DNA of 63,095 bases, filler included, from Hausera hauseri (taxonomy: Eukaryota), in assembly GCA_046269625.1 (NCBI GenBank). It is 9 parts of 9 records of this genome, joined end to end, with 100 filler letters (N's around TTAATTAATTAA, not from the genome) between each part and the next. Parts side by side here need not be neighbours in the genome. Positions count along the whole stretch, not along the records: positions 1 to 4,433 come from JBJURY010584334.1; positions 4,534 to 12,073 come from JBJURY010008123.1; positions 12,174 to 19,418 come from JBJURY010027894.1; 6 more parts are not named here. One strand, 5' to 3'. Position 1 is the stretch's first letter. The number at the start of each line of letters is the position of its first letter. The translations under genes and the position numbers were made by a program. Below the pieces are notes generated by a model, which saw nothing but the letters and a program-made list of their open reading frames with translations, was not told the DNA's origin and did no database searches. This document shows positions 1 to 13,855 of the stretch, piece by piece.

Positions 1-360
1 TCTCTATATATTCACTCAGTAATACTTGGAGCAGCCAAATATGTTTGATTGATGATTCGAAGCAATAAAACGTCTCTTCAGTATGATTTAGGAAAGGGTC
101 TCTATATTTCGGCAGATGTTGTATGTTAAATTTTTCATAATCTTTGACATCTTTTTCAGCACGTATTAAAGTCGATAAAATTATTGAATGTATGCAACAA
201 TTAAAAACATAACATCCGCTAAATGTAGTGTGTAGTGCATTTCCTGTAATTCTACTAGTTCTAACGTTGAATCTTCTATTTCCCATTTTGAAATTGAAAA
301 GTTGACTAAAATGTCACTACTTGTTACTTCATATTTAATTGGGAAATTATCCTTATCTAG

Positions 361-747
361 AAAATCATCGAAGATTTGGAAGAGGAAAGAGTACAGAAAA
401 ACTTCAAAAATCAAAATCAGTATAAGAAGTTAAATGAAATGTCATCGTCTACCGAAGATATTATGCTGGGCGAAAAGAATGATGACAACTACGATAACGA
501 CAGTGACGAGTCTGACGATGACGATGGAGACATCGATGACAATACCGAAGACTCCGACAATGTGCAATTTTCAGATCATGCTATCAAAGGTCGTACTCGT
601 CTGTATTCGACAGATGATGTTCAGGATATTGCTGAACTGTTAAAACAGCAGCAGGAGATCATTGGTGACAATGAGAGACTTGAAAAAGAAAACGTCGACC
701 TTCTGGAACAAATTATTCAAGAAAGAAGTCATTGTTTGGAGCTGAAG
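361..747 (+). CDS. Probable exon of a RalA-binding protein 1 (RALBP1/RLIP76)-like gene: acidic stretch plus C-terminal coiled coil
   Basis: Open frame bounded by ...cttatctAG (ends 360) and AAG|GTagct (747/748), 129 codons. The acidic tract is followed by LLKQQQEIIGDNERLEKENVDLLEQIIQERSHCLELKV, which resembles the RALBP1 C-terminal coiled coil (L..Q...N..L..N..L...I..ER...EL.V). Confidence 0.45.
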
Positions 748-1054
748 GTAGCTCTGAAAACCCATACATTTAACATAACACTATTCGAGTTCAAAAAGAT
801 TTTTTTCGAAAAATTTTTTCCAATAATACCATCGTGTATAGAAGTCAAAAATATACATTTTTCATTTTTTCGAAAATTTTCGAAATTTTCACCGAATTCG
901 AATGGTGCTGTACACTTTCAAAGTGCTAAAATCAATAGTACACTTTGAAAAAAGAAATGTGAAAATTTTAAAATTTAAAAAAATTGATTATTAAATATTG
1001 ATCATCGATCCTGGGGGAGGGTTGGCCTCATGTGCTCCTTTCCTTCTATTGTTA

Positions 1055-1733
1055 AAACACGGAAATAAACTTCTTTTGTGACATTTTCCCCTTTGTTAAA
1101 GAAATTCGGTGGCATGACATCACCCTCACTGTATACAACATATAACACGTAAAAATTCGCCGGAAATTTCGTTGTTGCAACAATGGAAACATCTTCAGGG
1201 TCGTGGACGAGTCAGCGGTCATTCTTTCGATTGATTTTCGCATCAACAGTAAAAATTTTCGCGTCAGAAAAAAACCTGAGTCATCCGGCAGCATTGTTTT
1301 TTAAGGAACACAAAAGCAGGTTGCAGCGTTCAACTCGCTTTGTCCTGGCGGCTTGTGAAAGCATCTGTCTCGCTTTAAGTGTATAAGAAATGTAGCAGTG
1401 GTCCTCCTCGACGATTCGACGCATAGTTTTCTAGCTCACACCAACAACCGACAACAATTTTCGGATCAAGTGCCCTGGATTCTCAAAAGCCAGCTCCTAA
1501 GCCTGTTGAATGATGTACGGCGTCCTGACAAAGCGCTCCTTCGAGTGGGTTTTCCTCGCCGATGTTTTAAAACCTTCGCTGGACTTCTCCGACTGATTAT
1601 ACTTTACGATAATATCATATACAGTCGATCTGGAGTACCCGAAGAACCTAATGGTTTCTGTCACCGAGCGTCCAGCGCTACCACTTTCGTTCATCGTGTC
1701 TCTTCGGTTATACTCCGCACTTGATTTCAACAT
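1055..1733 (-). mobile_element. Decayed Tc1/mariner-superfamily transposase, maT/DD37D-like (5' part)
   Basis: MLKSSAEYNRR..AGRSVTETIRFFGYSRSTVYDI (HTH), then SYTLKARQMLS..RFFSDAKIFTVDAKINRKNDR*..TKFPA..EGDVMPPNFF, with stops and frameshifts. Confidence 0.8.
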
Positions 1734-1849
1734 TGCCACTGTTTCGAGATTATGGTGGTTTAGTGCATGCGTCAAGCTATTTGAATGCACTTGACAGGAC
1801 AAGGACTGTAACGCCAGCTCTGGTTGCTGCAGGCGTTGATGTGACCTAG

Positions 1850-3190
1850 TTGGCATTATCACGAACCTCATTCATGGAAGCACGGAAAACATCACGTGAA
1901 GAACTTGCAGGCTTAGATCGACAAAATTTCCAGCCAAGGGTTACACTTATTGAACATTTCGATGGCAAACTCCTGTCAGATTTAAATGGTGCTAAGCGTG
2001 ACTGTTTATCCATTGTCTTTTCTGGACAAAACATTGAGAAACTACTGGGCATCTCCAGACTGCCAGCTGGGTCAGAAAGTGGTAGAGTTTCTACACGAGT
2101 GGCACGGTGTCAAGGAAAACTTAGCTGGTATTTGTTTTGACTCCACGTATAGCAATATTGGAATCTACGTTGTGCGTTCAATAAGTACATGGACTATACA
2201 AGAAAGCAGCAGACAACAAACGTGATATTTTAACACAATAATAACCAGAGTATGGACAAATTATTTTTTACTATGTGCCACCGTTCTCTATGCACTTCTT
2301 CCAACGTGCAACTAATTCGAGAAACGCATTCTTGTACAAAAGTTTGGACTGTTCACCGAAGAAAGTGACCACGTTGTCCCTCAGCTCATCTGGATTATCA
2401 AAGATTTCGCCTCGAAAATGACTCTTAATGGACGTACACAGGGGCTATAAATATTGTTCAGCAAGCATTCAGTCGACGGCTGCTGTTTCTGGCTTGTAGA
2501 TATCACATGCTGAAAATTTGTGCAACTGCTGTTTTCGATGCTTTCTTTCTTTCAAAGGGACCTGATATACAGATCTTCAGTCGGCTGAAGTCTCAGTGGG
2601 AGTTAATTGACAAGTCAAAGTTTGATCCACTTGATAGAGATGAGACTGGCCATCCACTTGGCTTGACACTCGACGAGATTCTGTGGTCTACAGCTTGCGG
2701 CGACACCTGAAAGAAGTACAACCCCGAGAAGAATCGTGAACTTACAAGGTTTGCCTTTCGTCTCCTAGGAGAAAATGAGGATGTTGGTTCAGAGTTTTGT
2801 GCTCCAGGCGCATATCACTGTGAACGATGGATGGCGAAGGAAATTTACTGCATGACGATCTTTGTCTTTCGACAACAGTTCAGCATGAGAAAGCATGAGA
2901 AAAGTTCACTTCGAAGGATCTGTTTATTTGTTACAACAGTTTATGCTAGCTTCTGCTTTGCAGCCCCCATAACATCAGATGCCCCAATGAATGACTTGAT
3001 GATGCTGCGACTGACTGAACAATATACTGACGTTGACAAGGAAACTGCAGCAGTCGCTGACCGAAAGATGAGGGTACATTTATCGTATATCAGTGAAGAT
3101 CGTGCTGCACTACCATTGTTTAGTGGTAGCGCCAGTGACGACATCAAGGAGGAAATCATTAATGTCTTGCGAAAGAACCATTTGGTGTTG
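1850..3190 (+). mobile_element. Decayed DDE transposase, hAT/hATm-like
   Basis: HFDGKLL, EKLLGI, ICFDSTYSNIG, ACRYHML, PGAYHCERWMAKEIYC..FRQQF motifs spread across broken ORFs 1850-2140, 1986-2225, 2507-2710 and 2831-3220. Confidence 0.65.
2166..2430 (-). mobile_element. Mariner 3'-end fragment nested in the hAT-like transposase
   Basis: The minus strand reads KSHFRGEIFDNPDELRDNVVTFFGEQSKLLYKNAFLELVARWKKCIENGG (mariner C-terminus). A mariner-like TIR, tacgttgtgcgttcaataagt, starts at 2166. Confidence 0.7.
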
Positions 3191-4302
3191 ATCTCCGAGC
3201 TCAAATTGCTGCTTTGTTAGAGGATGACATCTCAAGAGCTGAGCTGGCCAGACGATTCAACGTTAGCTGGACTGCTATTTTTAAAATTGTGATGAAGCAC
3301 AAAATTCATGGTGATGTTGAAAGACTTCCTGGGTTTGCCCGGCCAAGATTAACATCTGTGCGACAAGACACACACCTATGTCGAATGTCTCTGCGTAGCC
3401 CTACACCTGTGAATCGCTAGCTAACACAGGAATTCAACCAGCAGATGCAAATTAAAATCAGTTCTCTCATAGTCCGATGAAGACTGCTTTAATCTCGATT
3501 GAAAACAAAGGTCGCAAAGCGAGAGCCACTCCTTACAACTCGTCACAAAACTCGACGTCTTGATTTCGCAACGTATAATCGTAATTGGACTGTCAACGAA
3601 TGACACAATGCAGTATTCTCCGATGAAGTACCATTTCACCTTGTCCAACGACAGCAGCGGCGTTATGTTTGGTGGCGCGCTAATGTACACAGGCAACCAG
3701 ATGTCTTTTGTTCAACGACTCAGGCTGTTGGTGGTATTACGGGGCATTATTCACTTAACTGGTGCTCTGCCCTTACAGCGAGTTCGTAGCACCCTAAACA
3801 GCGCAGCATACACTAAGAGCTCCAGAACGTTCTTTTGCCTCATTTACAACAACATCCTGCCCAAATTTTCCAACAGGATAACGCTCCATCACATTCAGCA
3901 AGGGGTACCAATGCATAGCTTGAGGCTAATAACATCGAGGTCCTCAGATGGCCACCTATGAGTCCAGACCTTAATTTGATCGAAAATCTGTGGTTTAATC
4001 TGCAGTCCAAACTGGACCAGTACAATCTTCTCAATCTCAACGGCGTTTTCCAGTGAGCCAAAGATCTCTGATTGGAAACGCCTCAGAACCTATTAGACTC
4101 ACTCTGAGTCTATGCCTAGACGAATCCACGAAGTTATCCAGAAGTGTGGTGGCATCACATTATTAATCATTGCACGTTTCGTAATTTATTTACATTTTGT
4201 ACATACAGAACATTTACATTTGTGGCGTTAAAATCAGTGATCATACTTTTTTAATCAATAAAAATTAAAATTCTTGAAAAAAACTTTTCAATTTTCAGGG
4301 GT
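3190..4302 (+). mobile_element. Decayed Tc1-like (DD34E) transposon
   Basis: HTH SRAELARRFNVSWTAI..RPRLTSVRQD; catalytic-region motifs FQQDNAPSH and WPPMSPDLNLIENLW; ends in a TIR-like ...ttcaggggTA followed by (TA)n. Confidence 0.85.
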
Positions 4303-4433
4303 ATATATATATATATATTAGCTTTACACATGAACGATTATATGTTATGAATCAAGTATTAGATGGATATTTATTAGGTCGACAAAACATCAACAAAACA
4401 CATTTAGTCAAATATTAGATGGATATTTATTAG

Positions 4434-4533
4434 NNNNNNNNNNNNNNNNNNNNNNNNNNNNNNNNNNNNNNNNNNNNTTAATTAATTAANNNNNNNNNNN
4501 NNNNNNNNNNNNNNNNNNNNNNNNNNNNNNNNN
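4434..4533. other. Artificial contig spacer N44-TTAATTAATTAA-N44
   Basis: Identical 100-bp spacer with stops in all six frames; it occurs 8 times in the window. Confidence 0.98.
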
Positions 4534-4599
4534 GTGTCGTAAGTGCCATTGACGCAGAAACTTCGGGTGACGGATTGGCAAAGTCTATCTCTGTCCTGT

Positions 4600-5287
4600 A
4601 TGCGTGTTATTGGATTAGATATTGTACGTGACATCAAAGCTTCGACAGTTGGACGCTGTTTCTCAAGATGTGGTTTTCAAGACAGTGCAGACCATAGAGT
4701 AAGGATCAGGGTGATCTCAAGCCGACAGAACTGAACATGAATCTTGACTGAATCTTGAACATGACAACTCGATGACGGCCGAAGAATTCATGGCCATAGA
4801 CAGTGATGCATCTGCTAATGAAGAGTTGCCATATGAATGGGAAGCGACCGTACTGTAAGAAACTATATTGGAGGAACTGGATATCGATGAAGACGAACAA
4901 CCCGCCTGTCTCGTCCAAATGCATTATATTGTCTATCTTCAAAGAAAGCATGTCAAATGTGGTGTCTTATGTGCAATCACAATAAAATATGCGGCATCGC
5001 ATTATCCAGATGGCAGATTCTGTACAAGCAGAAATAGAAAAACATGACAGAAAAATCTTAAGTAAGCATACGACTCTGGAATCGTTTATTCTCTAATTTA
5101 TTATACTGTACCGAAATAGGAAATTTTTTAATAAATTATTGTGCAGTTACCGAACACAAAAGGCCGGTGAACATTAGAAAACCCATAAAACTCAAAATCA
5201 ACGTTGAATCTCCCTAAAGCTCCACTTCGCTTAATGTCGCCATTTAATTAGAACGGTGAGACGTCGACATTAGCGAGGTTTGTGTGT
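4600..5287 (+). mobile_element. pogo/Tigger-like transposon 3' remnant
   Basis: IKASTVGRCFSRCGF (cf. the Tigger C-terminal I.P.TI..CF.KCGF motif) and a Tigger-like terminal ...cgacattagcgaggtttgtgtg. Confidence 0.5.
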
Positions 5288-5922
5288 CTTCATTAGTCTA
5301 TGAATTTGAAATCAATCGTTAAGCGCTGACCTTTAAATTGCATATGAATTAAGACTCAAAGGAACTCTGAATGAATTATTTAAATAAATTTGAACTACTT
5401 TATCGAATTTGTTATTGTGTCATGTTCGTTTTAACAGGATTAATTGCAGAACCAAACGCGATTATAATCGCAATCCATTAAAATCCATTTTTTACTCTTT
5501 GTTCACCAAGAGCGCTTTAATGCGCTCATGTTGAAAAACAATTTACTGATTACTATTACTTGTAATTACTGAAAAATGACAGTTTGTTAAATTTATGATA
5601 CGTTTTTGGCTCACTTTAACAGACTGAAAGTCGGGCTAGTCTTAGCCTTATAGTGAGTTTGATTTCAAAACTGAAACGACCTGAGTGATACCAGCGAGTC
5701 TATTATCAAAAATCTCCTGTCAAGATACAAATGGTATAATAAGGGGTGACGCGAGCTAAAAACACGATTTATATAGGTTATCTTATTATTCGTTAGATTA
5801 TTTGGAATCGATAATTTTAGTGAGTCGCCAAGAATCGACTTAACAACCCGTCTTCAGGTAATATCACAAGGATAAAGCCTGAGATCCAAGAATTTTATTT
5901 ACTTAATTCACAGACGTAATCG

Positions 5923-6147
5923 GACAGTGGGGGTTACTCAATTTTGAATACTGAACTTTAATTTAAGAATCAAAATTTAGTAGGTAATGCTGCAAGAACA
6001 AAACCTTTATCGTGAAATTTCACTTCTGATTTTGGTAAGTAATGCCACAGGGACAAAACCTCTATTATAAAAGTTTACTTCTAATTTTAGTAGGTAATGC
6101 CACTAGGACAAAACCTTTATCGTAAAAATTTTACAACCCCAACTGTC
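5923..6147. repeat. Three 55-bp tandem units enclosed by 13-bp inverted repeats
   Basis: Units ttt(a/g)gta(g/a)gtaatgc..acaaaacct start at 5976, 6031 and 6086. Flanks are gacagtgggggtt (5923-5935) and aaccccaactgtc (6135-6147), with 1 mismatch. Confidence 0.75.
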
Positions 6148-7264
6148 AGACTTTCTATTTTATTATTTTGATAACCGACGAAATAGAATAAAACAACGAC
6201 ATTCAAAACAAAATAACTCACTCATAAGAAAATTTATATTTTTCACACAATGTTCTCAAAACAATATTCTCTTCTCCTTTAACTTTATATTTTCATTTAT
6301 TTATACTATTTTTCAATCAGATAATTAATAGTCTCAATATCATATCTAATAATATGCATAACTAATAAATATCCGCTAAAATTATTCTATAGCACTGTTT
6401 TATCACTGATATCTCTATTGTCATCGTTATGTCTGTCAGAGATACTCATTTACATCATTTGGCGACTGTGCGGCGGCGCCAACTGTCAAAATATTCGCCG
6501 CAGGCTTCATCAATATGGTCTGGCAGTTAAGTTCCTGGATTTTTTCAGTGTATACAGGTGGAACTTAATTGGCAGACCGCATATGGTATACAATTATGTT
6601 TACAATGCAACGTGAGTCAAAGGACCATATAAATAACTACAAATATTGGAATATTCGTGGTGTTTGTTGTCGGCTCTCCAGAGGGACGGATGAGTTGCTG
6701 AGCAGAGCCCTAGAAGAGGGTGGAAGGAACTGAATCATGGATGATGATTTACCTCAGCTGTTGATTTTCCAGAGCTTAATTACCGAACTTCTTCAATTTT
6801 ATATTTCCGAATCTGAAAATAGAGATGGGGAATTCCCGAAGTGAGGAGAATATTCATATAGTCATCGAGTATCTCACAGTCAAGCATCAGAATGACGATT
6901 GAAATATGGAGACTCAGAATTAAGTTGATTGTGAACGTTAAATATCTAAAGGGGGAAGTTTATTCAGTCACTGGAACCCACTCACTACTTGGAAAACCTA
7001 ATTGGGCTTGAATAGTGTTTGAAACCAACTAACTGGCTGCAGGCAATAAAGGTTTGAATGTTGATATTAATTTGGGTTATAGACTATATTTGGGACCAGC
7101 TTACTTATTATTGCATAATAATGCTTTAGATGGGGTTGTTGTATAATCTATAAATACTTATTTTTAATATCAGTCAAAACTCAATCCATTATACATGGAC
7201 ATAGATATTCATATATACGAAACAAATGCAGCGATTTAAAATTCTTTTGGACAATTATAGAACT

Positions 7265-8260
7265 TTGATAGATACAGAATTTTTGACAAAATTCTACAGG
7301 TTCTCGATTGGGTTTAAATTAGGAGAATTTTCTGGCCAATCTAGAACCTGGATACTGTTGCTTCTAAACTAGTTTTGGCAAACTGGCTGTATGACATGGT
7401 GCACCATCTTGCATAAAGATGGTTCAACTATGAATCCCCATAAACGTGATGAGTTTTCTTGCAAAAGCTGCAAATACCTGTTCACATTCATATGCTCATT
7501 AGCTTCCAAAAAGTTAGTGGCCCTGTCCCCTTCGCTCTAAATTAACGCCACACCATCAAGCTTGGTGAATGTTTGACACTTAACCCTACATTGATCGTTG
7601 TATCTGTCATCTAATGGCCTTCTACCAAACTGTAATTTAAAACCAAATTGTTGAAAGGTGGATTCATCTGACCAAAGAACTTTTGCCCATTGTTCACTGG
7701 TCCAATCTTTATATTTTTTGACAAAACCAAGGCGCTTGTTCTTCATGCTATCACTTAACATGGGCTTGATTGCAGGATGATAAGCATACAAGTCAAATTC
7801 TTACAGTCTATTTCTAATTGTAGTCAATCTTACAGCAACACCAACAGCATTCTAACTATTTTTAATTTCAGGGACTGAACTAAAAGGGTTACGAAGGACC
7901 TGTCTGCGTATCATTCTGTCATCTTGTTGACTTGTTTTCCGTTGAGCGCCTGGTGAAGTCGGTCTGTAAACTTTCCTGACTCCTTAAAGAGAACAGTTGC
8001 ATTGTGAACTGCTGTTTTGGAAATTTTAAACTTCTTCGCAATTTCTTTTTCAGATGAGCCATGTTCAAAATAAGACTAAATATGAACACATTTTTCAGGT
8101 GACAAACTTTGTTTTCGACCCATGTCTATAAAGCGACAAAATATGTTTCAATTACTAAGATAAGATAAATAATTCAAAGTTTGTATGACTTTTTAACTTT
8201 TATTCATGAGAAAAAAAGATAATTATATAAGTGGTCTTATTGCGATTGAAGGGACAGTAT
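7265..8260 (-). mobile_element. Decayed Tc1-like transposon
   Basis: ATG at 8123: MGRKQSLSPEK..EKEIAKKFKISKTAVHNA; later KPMLS..KRLGFVKKYKDWTSEQWAKVLWSDESTF, FMQDGAPCH and NLNPIENL. A TIR-like tactgtccc lies near 8260. Confidence 0.85.
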
Positions 8261-8269
8261 CATGTACAA

Positions 8270-8660
8270 ATGGTGTCTATCGATTTATATCAATGAAAGC
8301 TGGAACCTTCTCTTGATACAATTTTTGTGTTAATTTCTGTATGGGGGAGGTCTGGTATAATCTTACTGAAATATATTGTCATCACCGAACATTTTTGTTC
8401 CATACTTAAAAGTCACCGGGAATACTTGTTCGATGTACTTTTCATAATTAACTATTCCGTTGTCAAGACATCCCCCAGTGTTGTCAAGAACATTGATCAG
8501 TCCAAACCATAACTTTTTATTGGAATTTGCTTTGTTGATTTGTTCCCTTTTAACTAGCTTCCAGATTATTTACACCCCATACATATTGATTCTGAGCGTT
8601 GTACACTTCATTCAAATCAAACATTTTCGCGTACGATGAAAATTTCTTCTTCCACTTTTA
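8270..8660 (-). mobile_element. maT/DD37D-like transposase fragment
   Basis: KMFDLNEVYNAQNQYVW..KFQ*KVMVW..VNYEKYIEQVFPVTFKYGTKMFGDDNIFQ. Confidence 0.65.
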
Positions 8661-11600
8661 GACTTGTTTCACATTCTGAATAATAGTTTTTGTCCGAATG
8701 ACACATTCTGAATTGTATACTCCACTACCAGAGGTGTGTCCAGGATTTCTTAGCGGCTAGTATTACATAATACTGCAAGCTTCTCGAATATATGATTCCC
8801 GTACATGGCACTTCTTTCATAAGTAGTTCACAATATGACATTTTTATAAATTTGTACACTGCAAGACTTAGATGTAACCTTCTTATAGAAAAAAATTGGT
8901 TGAAATTCGTGTTAAAATAACTCCGGTATCTAAATCTTTTTACAACATTTGTATCAAAAAAACAACCCAAAAAAGAAGCGATAAAATTTAGGACATCTAA
9001 GGTCACAAAATGAATCAGTAATTTCAAATGAATTATTCGCAATAGTGTTTGATCGTAAAACTTACATTTTTAAGTGAAGATAGATAACTAATGTAAATGA
9101 CTAATAAGGAAGATAATAATTAAGTAACATTCAGTGCTATATATTTTCGAACTGTCAATTTGTGGACAATTTTTTAACAAATTTTAATTTTGTTTCTGGT
9201 CGATAGAGATATTTTAATGGCGGATGATTAATAAAATACTAAACCACTTTGTTTAAATAATATTTGAAGGTCATTTGCATAATGTAATTTTTCAGGTTGT
9301 TAGTGACCTTGAGATATTATTTAAACAAAAGTAAATGGAAGTTAAAAATTGTTAGAGAAGACAAATTTAAAAATTACGGCAATGTTAACTTGATCATTAC
9401 GAATTTCAGAAATATTTGTAATAGATTTTCAAACATTATTCGTTATAGTAAATCTTTATCTCCCGCCTTTAATTTCAGTAGTATGATGATCTGTTACAAT
9501 ATCTGGAATTCTAAAGTGATAAAGTTCAATTTTGAAGATTTGAGATTGGGTTACGTTTTTATTTTTCTGCTCCAATATGTGGTACGACGTTTGTAGATAT
9601 ACCTTATGCATGAGTACAATATGGATGGGACAGTGGTCAAAAGTAGCGTTAGCCTGTTGTAAGAGATTTAAATGTTTTTACGACAAAGGTTTTTTAAAGA
9701 TGGTTATCCAGCAATCTCTATATTCTCATCATGTTTAGTAAGCCTTATACTGTGTTGAATGAAGGTCAGACTTTGAACTTCTCAAACTAAATCAAATGTG
9801 ACTCAAAACGATTGGTGAGTCAGTAAGAGTGGTCGGAAGAGTGGAAATTATAGTCGTTTGATGAACGGAACCTTACTGCTAGTCGGAGTTTCACGTTCTA
9901 CAGGTTCTAAAAGTACATTTTGCACTCGCATTATGAACAATTTTGAAATTTCACAAAATTTTCATTTCTTTTCCCATCTATATTTTATTAAGGTCGGATT
10001 TTCAGTTTGTCGATCATGTTATGTCAAAGTACAATGTATTTATCTAATTATCAGACACATCACTAAAACTTCTTCCTTCTATATAAAAATTAGCTTTCCA
10101 CATGAACAAATATTAAACGGATATTTATTGGGCCGACAAAACATAAAGAAAATATAAATAGTCAAACATTAATGGTCGAAAACTTGGCAAAAGAGTCATT
10201 AAATTATAAAATTCCTTTACATGCTAGGAGCAAAGTTGAAGAAGTGTGATGTGGAGCTCACATTGACCCGTACATGAGAGTTGGACAAACTGGATAGTGA
10301 TGTTTTTAATGTTTGTTTTAAGATTTGAATAAATTATATGCTTCTTTGAATTATCCATGATGCACACAACTTTTATGTCAAGACTTTCACAAATACTTTT
10401 TAAGGTTGAATCGGAACGTTCTGTAGACATTTATATCGATTTTAAATACATTCTGTTGTGTAAGACATGAATTATATTTATTGACCAGAAATATTCATAT
10501 GACAACTTGGAAAGACCTAATGACCAATATATCAGAAATATTTCTAGCGACGAAGATCAAGATCTATATATTTCCGACTTCAATCGGGAAGTAAATTCCC
10601 AAGGCAATGTTTCTAATGATTCAAACAGGAAGAAGGTAAATTATTTTGAAATTGTCGGAACAGCTCTTAATATTACGATTATCGTTTCCGATGTTTTAAT
10701 ATTACAATCGTGGATCGTTATCAGAGGAGACAGAATCGGATACATCATGAAAGGATTAAGTACCATTGGACACAGTTTACGGTCGTTCCTGTTGTGTTGA
10801 AATTAAATACAAGTCAAGGTATTAAATCACTGTGGAAGGAAACGAGAAGTAGCATTTGTATTCGTTTGTTGAATCTCGGTCGTTAATCGGTGCCCAGTGA
10901 AGTTCTCAGTTTGACAAATGATATTTCAAAGTACAGTTCTATGAAGAAGTTGATTCACTTGGACACTTGACACCGTTCTATGCTGCAAATTTAGTCGAAA
11001 CAGTCCAAACAAATCCAACGACCGTTTTTAATTTCTTCGTTGAAGGATTTAGACGAATGATAACATTCCAGCGGGAACCCCTTTCTTGAATGTTACCAAA
11101 TTGGAAAATTATGCAGGTTGTTGTTGTGTTTGGTGTCAGTCGATATGTCATTAAGTCTATGGAGGAATTTGCGTCCAGTAGCTACATGAATTATGATCAG
11201 ATAGATATTGCATCACAAAATCGGCAAGAAATTCAAATGGATTACATTACAAATATTATTCCGAATTATTTTCTTCTGTCATGGGGTCATGTATATTACT
11301 GACATCATTCTTTATCCATTGCAAGATATTGTAGTAAGGAAGTCCGTACGAACTACGACATCATCAGTTTGATATAGTAGTTAGGCATCAGGTTCACTGT
11401 ATTCCCAAGACAGTAGAATAGCACAGGAATATTTAATTATAAGTCGACAGGCATCTTTAGCTCGGACATAGTATGCAGATAGTTACGACCCAACAAATGA
11501 TTTTTCTTAAGCAAAAAATGCGTCCGATAGAACAATTGACGTAGCATTAGCAAAATTGTTTTCATATTATTAATCAGAATAAACTTTTATACTTGTTGAA

Positions 11601-11785
11601 CGTGTAGAACTTATAAAATTCCGGACGGTAGTAAGGTTCTGATCCTTATGAGCACCAGGTATTCTGTAGCAATAACAATGCAAATTTTTTAAATAAAGTT
11701 TTTGAATTTTTGTGCTGTTATTAAAATAATTATACCAAACATTAGGTGTCTGAATCATAGCCATTGAATACGAGTCTGTTTCTAA

Positions 11786-11968
11786 ATTAGGCTGAGTCAT
11801 AAGTTCGTGGACATAGTGTACTTTACATACACAGTTTAATCATGTTATGATATTCTTAAAAAGCGCTATCCAGCATTAGTGAATCGCAATCGGGCACTCC
11901 TTCAGCATGACAATGCCCCAGCACACCTGTTTTGTGGAAATGTCCACTAACTTATGACTCACCCTAAT
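11786..11968 (+). mobile_element. Internally deleted mariner (MITE-like) with ~29-bp TIRs
   Basis: attaggctgagtcataagttcgtggacat ... atgtccactaacttatgactcaccctaat; the interior encodes KKRYPALVNRNRALLQHDNAPAH. Confidence 0.8.
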
Positions 11969-12073
11969 ATAAGGTTTCTTAATAAATGTCCTTAAATGCA
12001 ATTAGTTCAAAAAATATAATCGGGATTTGTTTCACTTATGTATCTTATTAAATACAACATGAGGTAGAAGAAC

Positions 12074-12173
12074 NNNNNNNNNNNNNNNNNNNNNNNNNNN
12101 NNNNNNNNNNNNNNNNNTTAATTAATTAANNNNNNNNNNNNNNNNNNNNNNNNNNNNNNNNNNNNNNNNNNNN
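12074..12173. other. Artificial contig spacer
   Basis: N44-TTAATTAATTAA-N44. Confidence 0.98.
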
Positions 12174-12862
12174 CAGTTGGAAGACCGGGATATTTGCTGC
12201 CCGCTGAGGCCTTTGAATCGTTTTAGCTTGCGGGTGTGTCAGTCAAGGATGTTGACGAACTTTTCACCGAGCTGAAGTTGGCTTCCGATTTGGGGAATTT
12301 ACTACCTCAGCCGTATTTAATCTCCTCCAGCTCCAAAACCACAACACCTGGACTCATCAAACCAGGACTACATTATTCTACAGTATTAAGAAAATGTTTT
12401 AAACTAAGTTGGCTTAAAAAGTATATAAAACTAATCATCAATAACCTGTGTATAAAAATACCCCTTACTTAATGTATGACTTTTAGGGTTACATTTCTAG
12501 TATTATACATGAATAAGTACAGTATGTGTTTGTAAGTTGTTAACTTTCCCTTACTGCTTTCTATAACATAGCATAGGTGTTCATGTCATGGGAGAGTGAC
12601 CCTGGGTATGACAGTAACGCCCCACTGCCTCTTATATGTGTCCCATCTTTGTATGAATGTGATTTAAAGCACTGATCAGTCTGCATAGAATTATTTGTAT
12701 ATGTCAGCTTTTTATAGACACAGTAGAGTGTTTAATTCTGTATGTGAGTGGTTAAATGATGGCACAGATTGTAGTGAAAAGAGCTTTGAGTATCCTCTTT
12801 GTATAGAAAGTGTCCTGAATGCAGTTTGAAAATTGATTGACAGTATACTTCATGTTCAACAG

Positions 12863-13095
12863 GGTTGCCAGCATGGTTCTCCAGTTTCAGGAGGGGCTGG
12901 ATTCATGTGGCCAGTTCTGGCAAGTGGTGAAGAGGTCATGGAAGCAGTTCCTTCCTTTCTTTTGCACAGATGGGCGGCGGCTAACAAGGAACTGCTTCCT
13001 TTTTGAAGTCGTGTGGAGTCCTGCAGGCAGCAACAAATGAGAGAAAGTAGAGGCAACTATCTTTCTGTGGGAGTGGGGGCTTCTAGCTATTGAAG
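12863..13095 (+). pseudogene. G2E3-type HECT ubiquitin ligase exon (disrupted)
   Basis: AG/GT-bounded; QFQEGLDSCGQFWQVVK..FLPFF..LFEVVWSPAGSNK*EKVEATIFLWE with an in-frame TGA. Confidence 0.65.
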
Positions 13096-13855
13096 GTGTG
13101 TTCGTGGGAGGTTGATAGTTAAATCAGGTCCTCAGCTTCGTTTTTGAAACGTTTCAGGTTTTATCTGAAAGACTTCTTCAGTTTGAGTCAGTGACACCCA
13201 GAAGTGATAGTTCCTATGCTAAAGTAAGCCCATCAGACTAAAGACTGGTCAATTGTGTCCTGATGGCCAATGGCAATAACAGTATTGTAAGAGGGGGACA
13301 ATTGGACACAGAGCCCTCCAACCCTGTTTGTTGTTTGTATCATGGTCTTAGTGTATTTTTATATTTGTTTTTCTGGTGTTTCTGTTTTTTTTCTACCCCA
13401 GGTGTTTCCAATCAGTCCCTCGTTAGCTCACCTTTATATTTGTATTGTCTTCAGTTCCTTGTGCTGCCAACCCCAGCCAGTGTTGTGTCCTCCTGTGTTT
13501 CTGTTCCTTGTGGTTTGCTCAGAGTTTTTACAGTATTTTTAAGCTGCCTCTACAGCATTTTTATGTTTATTAAAGCCTTTGCATTATGATTTTTTGCCTG
13601 TGCCCTGGGTGTACTCCTCCACCAAACCTCAAATAATGAGTGGATGGTCCTCACAAAGTTGGCTTCTCTCACTCTTCAATTAAATAAATATCCCTCCCAA
13701 TCAAGCAAATGATCCCATATGACATAACAACCAGTCAGCTATTTGAATTTTAAAAAATTTTTACATAGTTATTTAAGGTTATTGATTATGAATGGCTTTA
13801 CTTGAATAGCTTTAAAAATATAGGTTTATTTCTTTATGCTTTGTATTTTTTTCAG

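Noticed and set aside
6455-6490. Possible primer-binding site (minus strand ..gaca-gttggcgcc)
   Set aside because: No gag/pol or second LTR can be identified next to it.
13286-13655. Possible solo LTR (TGTAAG...CACA) and the hydrophobic ORFs 13263-13589 and 13342-13542
   Set aside because: The flanks give no matching TSD, and the ORFs reflect T-rich low complexity.
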